From a virus (lineage: Duplodnaviria; Caudoviricetes), in IMG/VR virus record IMGVR_UViG_3300030328_003511, positions 1-61,991 of that record: a DNA stretch of 61,991 nt; one strand, written 5' to 3'. The notes beneath the pieces were generated by a model. It saw only the letters and a list, made by a program, of their open reading frames with translations, was not told where the DNA came from and did no database searches. Made by a program: the position numbers and the translations under genes. Positions within the stretch are counted from its first letter, which is position 1. Every line of letters begins with the position of its first letter. Positions 7,705-15,366 of the stretch are shown piece by piece.

Positions 7705-7781
7705 TAGATATGTTTCATATATCTAATATGAACCTTTCTGTCTTAGGCGGTGCTAAAGATAGCTCCTTAATGCCGCCTAAG
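7705..7781 (+). ncRNA. Candidate small RNA 2, same architecture
   Basis: 5' hairpin containing TTTCAT, linker aacctttctgt, 3' stem cttaggcggt/gccgcctaag; promoter weak. Confidence 0.35.
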
Positions 7782-7810
7782 TTAAAATCCCCCTCAGAGT
7801 TAAAATTTTT

Positions 7811-8284
7811 TTATCCGCCGTGACTAAAATCTTTTAAGAATTTATCTACATAGACATTATCTGCATCCATAATCTGTCTTCTTTTGTTTTCAATATTTCT
7901 TCTTAATTCTCTCCTGGAATCTAAATCACTTTCTTCCTTAAGTCTTTGAAATAACTTACTATATTCGTGCCAAAGAAAATGCCTTCGTTTAAACTTTATC
8001 AGTCCATCTCTTAAAGCTTTTAAATATCTATACCTAACGTTATCCGGTTCCCAACCTGCCCACCAACAAATTTGTTCGAAGTCTTTAGATCTCGCTATCC
8101 AGAAATGAGCATCGCATTTATTGAGACTTGATTTTCTATCCCCGGATAATAATCTAACATCTTCAAAAGCATTTAAGATTACATGCCGCCAAAGTTTTTG
8201 TTCATTACATACATGATTTTCAGCAATTATATCAGACGCAATATTAGTGCCCATAAGCTTTAACAAGTCTAGAGAGTAGATCAC
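7811..8284 (-). CDS. Conserved hypothetical protein
   Basis: EQKLWRHVILNAFED...DF..IC..AG pattern. Confidence 0.7.
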   Translation of the reverse strand: MIYSLDLLKLMGTNIASDIIAENHVCNEQKLWRHVILNAFEDVRLLSGDRKSSLNKCDAHFWIARSKDFEQICWWAGWEPDNVRYRYLKALRDGLIKFKRRHFLWHEYSKLFQRLKEESDLDSRRELRRNIENKRRQIMDADNVYVDKFLKDFSHGG

Positions 8285-8459
8285 GGTAATGGCCTTTCGA
8301 TTTTCTTAAATGTAAACGATCGGCGACCTCGTAATGTTTATAGACATCATCAATTAGTATTGTGATGGCAGCACCTTCTAAGTTAGTGTCAGAGATATAC
8401 GATTGTATATCTTTGAAATCTTGAAACATCTCTTTTTTAGTATAGTTATCCATTCTCAT
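8244..8459 (-). CDS. Hypothetical protein
   Basis: Coupled ORF. Confidence 0.6.
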   Translation of the reverse strand: MRMDNYTKKEMFQDFKDIQSYISDTNLEGAAITILIDDVYKHYEVADRLHLRKSKGHYRDLLSRLVKAYGH

Positions 8460-8767
8460 ATTTTAACATCTTCTTTTCGATATGAGCTTATGTCAATAAC
8501 GTTGGACTTGTTATTTTTTATTTTTACTATTACTTTTTTTGTTTGCTTTGTTTTCTTGCTGTGAAAAGAATATAGATCATTGGAGTCGGTTAAGAATTGT
8601 GGACCTAATTCGGTGTAACCAAATTGAACCCCATTAAGTAAAGAAAAAACTACGGTTTGATATAGTTTAAATTGATTCGGTGTAAGCTTCTCTGCCGCTA
8701 AGACAGAAAGCCTAGTTAAATCAGTGATACCATCCTTTTTCTTTCCCATTAATATAATCCCATGCAA
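8456..8767 (-). CDS. Hypothetical protein
   Basis: Coupled ORF. Confidence 0.6.
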   Translation of the reverse strand: MHGIILMGKKKDGITDLTRLSVLAAEKLTPNQFKLYQTVVFSLLNGVQFGYTELGPQFLTDSNDLYSFHSKKTKQTKKVIVKIKNNKSNVIDISSYRKEDVKI

Positions 8768-8957
8768 TTTTAAATAACATAACTTGTTGTGATTCTGATT
8801 GTTGGCCGTGAAACGTGGTTCCTGCTCCGTTGCAAATAATACAAGAAACTATCGACTTAGAAAAAGGTGTAATAATATATCCTGTACCTTCGCAGTCTTT
8901 ACATTTATTGTAGTTGCTTCTATTAACACTCATATAAAAAAAATAATTTAGTTGCAA
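8721..8957 (-). CDS. DnaJ-type zinc-finger protein
   Basis: CKDCEGTG and CIICNGAG (CxxCxGxG) repeats. Confidence 0.7.
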   Translation of the reverse strand: MQLNYFFYMSVNRSNYNKCKDCEGTGYIITPFSKSIVSCIICNGAGTTFHGQQSESQQVMLFKIAWDYINGKEKGWYH

Positions 8958-9019
8958 GTTAAAATTATAAAATTAAATTTAGATGGGATCAATGGGTTGG
9001 CTTATAACCCACGACAAAA

Positions 9020-9574
9020 TTAATATAAAAGTTCGGAATTAAAAGCTATTACACTCTTTCTTTCACTCGCATTTGTCTTAGAAGAATGCAAAATATATGC
9101 AGGAAAAGTAATGATTTGGCCCTCTTTAACTTCATATTCATACTCTTTGTTGTTAACTAATATAGAAGTTTTAAAATTTAAATCGGGAAGTTCTAAAAAA
9201 TAAACATTAGTTAAATTAGTTCTAGGATGAGTATGATAAAAATGACGAGAACCTTCACCATATTGCTGGAACCAAGTTGCACTATTAGCGATATTTTTTA
9301 CATTAAAATATTTCTGGTGTTCTGCTATACAACGATTTCCAATGTTATCCCAAAAATATTTATGATATTTTCTTTCGAAGTTTGGAGGAAGGTTATAATC
9401 TGTTTTGCTTACATCTTCGTAAGGGTTATTAGGTATCTCATTAATTAAATCTAATATCTTATCTTTATGCCGGTCATGATCCGGAACATCATAGATTAAA
9501 AGTTCAGTTTTAAGTTCTTTTGTTTGCATATTTTTTAAAGTGACACATCCATAACCAATTCCAAAAAGAACCAC
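9020..9574 (-). CDS. Fe(II)/2OG oxygenase-like protein, HxH type (start probably near 9529)
   Basis: WFQQY...HTH...VYFL...FPAYILH...R motifs. Confidence 0.8.
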   Translation of the reverse strand: MVLFGIGYGCVTLKNMQTKELKTELLIYDVPDHDRHKDKILDLINEIPNNPYEDVSKTDYNLPPNFERKYHKYFWDNIGNRCIAEHQKYFNVKNIANSATWFQQYGEGSRHFYHTHPRTNLTNVYFLELPDLNFKTSILVNNKEYEYEVKEGQIITFPAYILHSSKTNASERKSVIAFNSELLY

Positions 9575-9734
9575 CTCTTCTTATATGAAATCTATTTAAC
9601 CATTTAATTTCTGTTGGTGTATCTTTACCATATAAATTTTCTGTGCTTTTAATATCATACTCAACTTGTAATTTTTTTCTTTCTGGCTTAGAGAGTGCCA
9701 TAAATAATTTATATGCTTTTCTATTATTTTTCAT
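9510..9734 (-). CDS. Hypothetical protein
   Basis: Coupled ORF. Confidence 0.55.
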   Translation of the reverse strand: MKNNRKAYKLFMALSKPERKKLQVEYDIKSTENLYGKDTPTEIKWLNRFHIRRGGSFWNWLWMCHFKKYANKRT

Positions 9735-10243
9735 TAGATCTCTACAATTATATTTAAATTAATTCTATATGTTTCTGTTGATGGCCCATGTCCAGCATGA
9801 GGTAATTTACTTTTAAAAATTTTTGCTTCATCTTTCTTATCTTCTACTTTCTCGTCTTCAACCTGTAAGTAACCATCACAAGTATTAAAAGAATAAATGA
9901 TAGTCAGAAAATTTTCATCTTTGTGGTCTATATGCATATTACATTTTTGATCTTTTGTATAATAGTTCCACATAAATCTCTCTATACGTTTATATTGTAA
10001 ATTAATTTTTTTACATATTAACTCGGTGATTATAAATGCATACATATTAAGTTTAATTTCATTTTCATTTTTAGGTGGTATTGTACATTTACTCATACCT
10101 TCAAATTGCATATTATTTGTAAAAAGTTTATTTTGACTTTCTTTTGTTGTGCTCCCTATTTCAAACTCCAAAGATTTTAATTCGTTTTTAATGGTATCAA
10201 TAATGTTATCGGTTAATATATAATTAACTTTTTGTATTTTCAT
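9734..10243 (-). CDS. Fe(II)/2OG oxygenase-like protein, HxD type
   Basis: HID...TIIY...H.G...R.NLN motifs. Confidence 0.8.
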   Translation of the reverse strand: MKIQKVNYILTDNIIDTIKNELKSLEFEIGSTTKESQNKLFTNNMQFEGMSKCTIPPKNENEIKLNMYAFIITELICKKINLQYKRIERFMWNYYTKDQKCNMHIDHKDENFLTIIYSFNTCDGYLQVEDEKVEDKKDEAKIFKSKLPHAGHGPSTETYRINLNIIVEI

Positions 10244-10406
10244 TTTTATTAAATTGTTTATTTGTTTTATCTCTATATTTTTCTGCCGTAGTTTTATCAG
10301 TGAAAGCTTTAGAGTTAAAGGAATGCTTATTTAATCTCTTTAATAGAGTAGATAAATTAATTCTTTCTAATCTTTTTTTACCATGTCGTACTATGTATAT
10401 CTTCAT
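10224..10406 (-). CDS. Hypothetical basic protein
   Basis: Coupled ORF. Confidence 0.5.
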   Translation of the reverse strand: MKIYIVRHGKKRLERINLSTLLKRLNKHSFNSKAFTDKTTAEKYRDKTNKQFNKNENTKS

Positions 10407-10618
10407 TAGTTTTGGGTTTCTTGACGCATTTTTAAAAATCTAAATTTTGCAATTTTTAACATACGGTCAAATAAAGGTTCTGCTTTGACCGTATGTATTT
10501 TATTTCTTAATTCTCCGTTAACATATAACGTAACGGTGTCAGTAGTATGATCGAGTTCAATTGTAAAAAACTCTTTAGCTTTTATTTTTTTTGGGTCCAT
10601 CTTTCGATTCACCACCAT
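10406..10618 (-). CDS. Hypothetical protein
   Basis: Coupled ORF. Confidence 0.6.
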   Translation of the reverse strand: MVVNRKMDPKKIKAKEFFTIELDHTTDTVTLYVNGELRNKIHTVKAEPLFDRMLKIAKFRFLKMRQETQN

Positions 10619-10802
10619 TTAAAAGTTTTTTCTTAAAAGCTTCTGGTGTCATCTTATGTTTTTTAGCTTGATGCCCAACATAGTCATTGAGAATTTTAGA
10701 GATCATTGCTCCGGGAGCTCTAAACTTTTCTATACACATGCCTTTAAGAATTAAATAATCTTCTTTTTTAATTGCAACGGACTTCCATTTATTTATGTCC
10801 AT
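10575..10802 (-). CDS. Possible ribbon-helix-helix DNA-binding protein
   Basis: N-terminal beta strand (KSVAI) followed by two predicted helices, CopG/Arc-like pattern. Confidence 0.5.
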   Translation of the reverse strand: MDINKWKSVAIKKEDYLILKGMCIEKFRAPGAMISKILNDYVGHQAKKHKMTPEAFKKKLLNGGESKDGPKKNKS

Positions 10803-11091
10803 CTTTAACCTCCATATCCGGGGTTAACTTAAGAACATCTAATTTTAATCTCATGTCTTTTTTATCTTCGACTGTTTCGTAGATATTTAAAAGTTCTTTA
10901 AGTTTATTATTTTCTTCTGTTAACTTTTTTAGATTTTTTTGAAGTTCATCTAAATTGTTAAACAGACTTTTCATCGCTTCTTCTAATCTACCTAGCGAAT
11001 CTAAATTACCTTCGGGTTGTTGTCCTAATGGTAAGTCTAAGCTAACTGTAGGTAATATTTTCTCTTTTAGTTTATTTAATGTCAGTGCCAT
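10789..11091 (-). CDS. Coiled-coil hypothetical protein
   Basis: Heptad leucine pattern; RBS GGAGG. Confidence 0.6.
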   Translation of the reverse strand: MALTLNKLKEKILPTVSLDLPLGQQPEGNLDSLGRLEEAMKSLFNNLDELQKNLKKLTEENNKLKELLNIYETVEDKKDMRLKLDVLKLTPDMEVKDGHK

Positions 11092-11359
11092 TTATGTCCT
11101 CCTTTGTTGGTTCATTGTTTCGGCCTTCGATTTCGTCTTCTACTAAGATTGTTGCAATAGTTTTAGAAATTGGATAATGTTTTCTTCCTATCCCATCTAT
11201 AAAATGTATATTTGCAATACCATCTATAAGCATATCCAAATGTAATGAATCTTCAATAGGGCTACCAAACACATCGCTTGTTGGAATAGCCGCTAATTGT
11301 TTATCCAAATCAGTTATGATATTCTCTAGTATAAGACTTTTACTTTTTAATTGCTTCAT
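11072..11359 (-). CDS. Hypothetical protein
   Basis: First gene after a divergent promoter. Confidence 0.65.
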   Translation of the reverse strand: MKQLKSKSLILENIITDLDKQLAAIPTSDVFGSPIEDSLHLDMLIDGIANIHFIDGIGRKHYPISKTIATILVEDEIEGRNNEPTKEDINGTDIK

Positions 11360-11362
11360 GAA

Positions 11363-11395
11363 ATCTTACATATATGGGATAAACAAGAAAGTCAA
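11363..11395. promoter_or_regulatory. Divergent promoter region with operator-like palindrome
   Basis: ATCTTAC-atat-ATGGGAT; TTGACT on the minus strand. Confidence 0.6.
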
Positions 11396-11402
11396 ATAAA
11401 TT

Positions 11403-11615
11403 ATGAAATATATTTTAACAATTTTATTATGTACGGCAGTAGAAAAAACATGCCTTCCTCCTCATACATTTGAGGAAACTTACCCCGATATATATACATG
11501 CCACTTAGACGGGTATAAAAAATCGATAGACAAAATTAAAGAAATAGGTAGTGTAGAAGTAAATAAGCATCAAATTTATACATCATTTTGGTGTAGGGAG
11601 TTAAAGACTATTTAG
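11403..11615 (+). CDS. Small Cys-containing protein with hydrophobic N-terminus
   Basis: MKYILTILLC...; four Cys. Confidence 0.65.
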   Translation: MKYILTILLCTAVEKTCLPPHTFEETYPDIYTCHLDGYKKSIDKIKEIGSVEVNKHQIYTSFWCRELKTI

Positions 11616-11627
11616 AATGATTCTAAA
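11611..11627. promoter_or_regulatory. Perfect Irr/ICE-like box
   Basis: TTTAGAA-TGA-TTCTAAA spanning the stop/start junction. Confidence 0.55.
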
Positions 11628-11877
11628 ATATATACTATTAGGTACTTTATGCTGGAATTTTCCAGATACAGGTACTCAATGCTCACAATATCTAGTAGAT
11701 GACCTCTCAGATGGTGCTATATGCAAGGAAAGAGCTTTAGCTGTTGGTAGGCACAATAAGGCCAAGATCAAAGAATTAGGGGGTTCTATGGAAGAATACA
11801 ACGTACATTGCATGGCTATTGATAAAGAAGGATATAATGTTGACGAATCCTTTAGAATATCTTATACTATCTTATGA
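11617..11877 (+). CDS. Small Cys-containing protein, similar to 11403..11615
   Basis: MILKYILLGTLC...; four Cys. Confidence 0.65.
   Translation: MILKYILLGTLCWNFPDTGTQCSQYLVDDLSDGAICKERALAVGRHNKAKIKELGGSMEEYNVHCMAIDKEGYNVDESFRISYTIL
11840..11875 (+). promoter_or_regulatory. Sigma70 promoter, probably leaderless transcript, with ATCTTAT direct repeats
   Basis: TTGACG-N17-TATACT, 5 nt before ATG 11874; ATCTTAT at 11859 and 11869. Confidence 0.65.
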
Positions 11878-12116
11878 AGGCTTATCGTATCCAAGCGAGA
11901 GTGGGAGATTACTACTTAGATCATAAGCTAGAAGCTGAGAATGATCGGGATGCGTTAAATAAGTTTTCTAAAGCAGTAGACTCGGGGACTGTAAAAACTG
12001 AAGATGAAGGTTTTTATGGAAATAAAGATGGGAGTAGAGTTTACATAACATACGAGGAGATCGTAAATGTTGAGCCCGGAAAAGATAAAGTTGTTGAAAG
12101 AACTTCAACACCTTGA
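11874..12116 (+). CDS. Hypothetical protein
   Basis: Directly downstream of the promoter. Confidence 0.65.
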   Translation: MKAYRIQARVGDYYLDHKLEAENDRDALNKFSKAVDSGTVKTEDEGFYGNKDGSRVYITYEEIVNVEPGKDKVVERTSTP

Positions 12117-12252
12117 GCATAAATGGTCGGCTGAGTTAATGACCAATGGTAATTGCACAGTTGATATGCTTAAGACAGAAGCTGATATTAAATCAAAAAG
12201 AAATGCGATTAAATATCAAGATGTACAAGAAACTTTAGCCTTCGCTGGTTAA
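12067..12252 (+). CDS. Hypothetical protein
   Basis: RBS GAGGAG. Confidence 0.6.
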   Translation: MLSPEKIKLLKELQHLEHKWSAELMTNGNCTVDMLKTEADIKSKRNAIKYQDVQETLAFAG

Positions 12253-12680
12253 TTTTTCTTAGCTTTAATAAAAGGAAACTTTTGTCCTAGGGCTTCTATC
12301 GGTTTTTTAAACTCATAGTGATTTATAATTTTAAATAATTTTTCTCTTTTACTTACTGAATAAGGTATAAATAATTTTGCTAATTGAAGAGCTTTTTGGT
12401 GAGAGCATCGCCACCTCCATTGATCCTTTTTAGCTAGAGAACCTTTTGGAATTCCTTTAAAATTAATAGAGCCTACTTTAACAATATCATAAAAATTTTT
12501 TATACAATCTAAATCTGCCATAGCTATTTCCATTGCAATATTCCATTTAAGATAAACTTTACCACTTGGTTTTTTACATTTGTATTGCGCATAATTAATA
12601 TTACCTTCTCCATCAAATAATCCTGCAGCGTAAGCAATCATATCTTTGTTATCGTGTGGAAAATTTTTTTTATTTTGCAT
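12249..12680 (-). CDS. Free-standing single-motif LAGLIDADG homing endonuclease-like protein
   Basis: YAAGLFDGEG motif; C-terminal PY...K pattern. Confidence 0.8.
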   Translation of the reverse strand: MQNKKNFPHDNKDMIAYAAGLFDGEGNINYAQYKCKKPSGKVYLKWNIAMEIAMADLDCIKNFYDIVKVGSINFKGIPKGSLAKKDQWRWRCSHQKALQLAKLFIPYSVSKREKLFKIINHYEFKKPIEALGQKFPFIKAKKN

Positions 12681-14541
12681 CTCCCCAACTTTCTCCTAGA
12701 CCATAATCAACTACACTTGGTACTTTAAATTCAATTGCATTTTGCATAATTTTTTGTATTTCTTTTGCATGCTTATCATCTTTAATATTAAAACATAATT
12801 CATCATGTATTTGTAACATTGGTAAGTGCCCAGCTTTATAACAATCCAACATAGATTGTTTTGTTTGGTCTGCAGAGGAACCTTGGATTAATCTATTTAA
12901 AGCTTTATAGGTGTAAGCTCTTTTAATATTATCTTTACCATATTTTGCAACTGCATCTTCATATTTTTCTGCCATATGTAAACCAAAATCTCTTGTTTCC
13001 CACATATCAAATCTGCACTTCCTTCCTTTTTTAGTTCTAATAACTCCTCTATCATCCGCTGCATATTTACATCTATCAGATAATTTTTTAACAAAAGGAA
13101 CCTTCTTGTTATATTTAATAATTAATTCATCTGCTTCTTCCTTGGTAACACCTAAAGAATTAGCTAATTTATTTTTTCCCATTCCATACATCAAACCTAA
13201 ACCAATTGTTTTAGCTTGAGTTCTTTCTATACCTACAAGATCTGCAACTGTTTGGTGGAAGTCTGCACTAGCATTTTGATAAGCAGCTACTAACTCATTA
13301 GATCCTTCATAACCATCCCCAATTGAAGCTGCATAGTGAACCGTCATTCGTGGTTCTTGTTGTGAATAGTCAAAGCTTCCCCATTTATAACCTTCTTCCG
13401 GAATAAATAAGCTACGAATCTTAGGACCAAAATCTTTGTTTCTAGCTGGAACCTGTTGTAAATTTGGATTACTCATACTTAATCTACCCGATACTGTTCC
13501 TCCATTGTCTCCTCTTAATTGATTTATCTCCCCATGTATTCTCCCATTTATTTGGTATTTCATAATAGAGGCTAAAAAAGTTCCATGAAATTTATTGACC
13601 TCTCTTGCTTGAACAATAAGTTGTGCTATCTTGTTTTTATTATTAATCAACCAATTTTGAGTAAAGGAAGGTTCTTTTGTTTTTTCAGTACGTGGGTATT
13701 CTAGCTTCAACTTATCAAAAGCTTTGGCAATCTGGCGTGGGGCCCAAATGTCTATGTTTATTCCTGCTTCTTTTTTTATGGCCGATAGTAATCCTTTTTC
13801 TTGGTGCATCATTTCTTTTTGTAATTCTTGAGCTTTTTCCACTTGCACTCTTACTCCTCTTTGGCGCATTTTAATTAGCATCGGAAGTAGTTGTTGTTCC
13901 ATTTCCCAAACAGTAGTTAAACTTTGGGTTATTATTTCTTGTTTAAATCTTTGCCATAATTTTAAAGTTAATTCTGCATCTTGTTCTGCATAATATCCAA
14001 CATGCTCTGCGGGTAGTTTCCACATTTCTGCTTTAGGATCTATGCCATGAGCTGCAGCCGCTTCTCTTAATTCTGTTTCAGCTTTTATTTCATTTAAGTA
14101 ATCAATTGATAATGCATTTAATGAATATGAAAATCTATTCTCATCTACTAATGCTGCCGCTATCATTGTATCAACTATCTCTCCATTTACTTTTATTCCC
14201 GATGCTTCTAGCCAACCAACATCATACTGTGCATTGTGAAATATTTTTGTAGAAGGAAGTGCGCATACATCTTTCATATATTTTTTTACTTGTTGAGGTA
14301 TCATATTACCACCACCTAAATGTCCAAAAGGAAAATAACCTTTCCATCCCTCAACAGCTACTGCAAATCCTACAATCTCTCCTTTACCTAAAGCCCATCC
14401 AGCCCCAAGTTTTTGATTAATACCATCATCCCTAGTTTCTAAGTCAATAGCTATTTCTTTATAACTAGATAAATCTTTATATTCACTAGGTGTATTCCAC
14501 ATAGATTTTTTAAATGTTAATGTAAGTTGAAGACCGTTCAT
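12670..14541 (-). CDS. polA: Family A DNA polymerase with 3'-5' exonuclease (Leu762 type)
   Basis: Exo motifs DLET and HNAQYD; motif A DYSQQEPR; motif B RTQAKTIGLGLMYG; motif C QIHDE. Confidence 0.97.
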   Translation of the reverse strand: MNGLQLTLTFKKSMWNTPSEYKDLSSYKEIAIDLETRDDGINQKLGAGWALGKGEIVGFAVAVEGWKGYFPFGHLGGGNMIPQQVKKYMKDVCALPSTKIFHNAQYDVGWLEASGIKVNGEIVDTMIAAALVDENRFSYSLNALSIDYLNEIKAETELREAAAAHGIDPKAEMWKLPAEHVGYYAEQDAELTLKLWQRFKQEIITQSLTTVWEMEQQLLPMLIKMRQRGVRVQVEKAQELQKEMMHQEKGLLSAIKKEAGINIDIWAPRQIAKAFDKLKLEYPRTEKTKEPSFTQNWLINNKNKIAQLIVQAREVNKFHGTFLASIMKYQINGRIHGEINQLRGDNGGTVSGRLSMSNPNLQQVPARNKDFGPKIRSLFIPEEGYKWGSFDYSQQEPRMTVHYAASIGDGYEGSNELVAAYQNASADFHQTVADLVGIERTQAKTIGLGLMYGMGKNKLANSLGVTKEEADELIIKYNKKVPFVKKLSDRCKYAADDRGVIRTKKGRKCRFDMWETRDFGLHMAEKYEDAVAKYGKDNIKRAYTYKALNRLIQGSSADQTKQSMLDCYKAGHLPMLQIHDELCFNIKDDKHAKEIQKIMQNAIEFKVPSVVDYGLGESWGDAK

Positions 14542-15137
14542 TATATACTTTTAATATTATTAGTATTAAAAGCAACACTTATTCTTTCTACCTCTGATTT
14601 AAAAGGAGCAACCGTATGTTCTAAACCTGCAGGAAATATATAGATATCTCCTTCTCTTGGAAATTCACCGTGAGAACCTATAAAATAGGAAGGCTTATAA
14701 GATAATAGATTAAAGGTTATAGATCCCGGGCCAGCATCATTTCCCATAAATTTGTTTTGTTCTTCTTGTAGTTCTTTAGGTACATTTAAATATATAACTC
14801 CAGAGAACACACATTTAGAGTGAGTGTGTAAAGGATTAAAGTCTCCTTTCTTCATATAATTAACCCATGCATCATTTATACCTTGTTTCTTACATTGTTG
14901 GTTATAAAACCTTGAATAACCATCATAAAACAAATCAAAAGTGTTTTTTAAAATACAATTTAACTTTGCCCGATCTATTGAATATTCATTATATATATGA
15001 CCTGCTAAGTCATGTCTTTTACTATTCTTTTGATCCTTACTACATAAAGATTTTATATCCTCTATTTCTTTTTGAGATAATTTTGCTTTAAACAGAATAG
15101 GACCAAAGGGTAATACTTTATATGAGTTACTTATCAT
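14541..15137 (-). CDS. Fe(II)/2OG oxygenase-like protein, HxH type
   Basis: WVNY...FNPLHTH...SGVIYL...IFPAGLEH.V.P...RISVAFN. Confidence 0.85.
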   Translation of the reverse strand: MISNSYKVLPFGPILFKAKLSQKEIEDIKSLCSKDQKNSKRHDLAGHIYNEYSIDRAKLNCILKNTFDLFYDGYSRFYNQQCKKQGINDAWVNYMKKGDFNPLHTHSKCVFSGVIYLNVPKELQEEQNKFMGNDAGPGSITFNLLSYKPSYFIGSHGEFPREGDIYIFPAGLEHTVAPFKSEVERISVAFNTNNIKSI

Positions 15138-15366
15138 CTTTTATTTTTAAAATTTCTAGTTGGCAGTAGTGAATTATTTTTTCCAAATCTTCTATTTTAT
15201 TTTTAAATAAATATCTACAAACATACTTCACAACATTTCCTTGAAAGAAAGATAAGTTATTTTTACTTATAAATTCATAGGGCTGAATTTTAAAATTTTT
15301 ATAATGGTTTCCTCCGATTTGTTTATCTTGCGGAAAAGCATCTTCAAGTAAGTCTTTATTTGTCAT
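15127..15366 (-). CDS. DUF3310 / T7 gp1.7-like putative nucleotide kinase
   Basis: QIGGNHYK...GNVVKYVCRY..K...EDLEK. Confidence 0.85.
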   Translation of the reverse strand: MTNKDLLEDAFPQDKQIGGNHYKNFKIQPYEFISKNNLSFFQGNVVKYVCRYLFKNKIEDLEKIIHYCQLEILKIKDDK

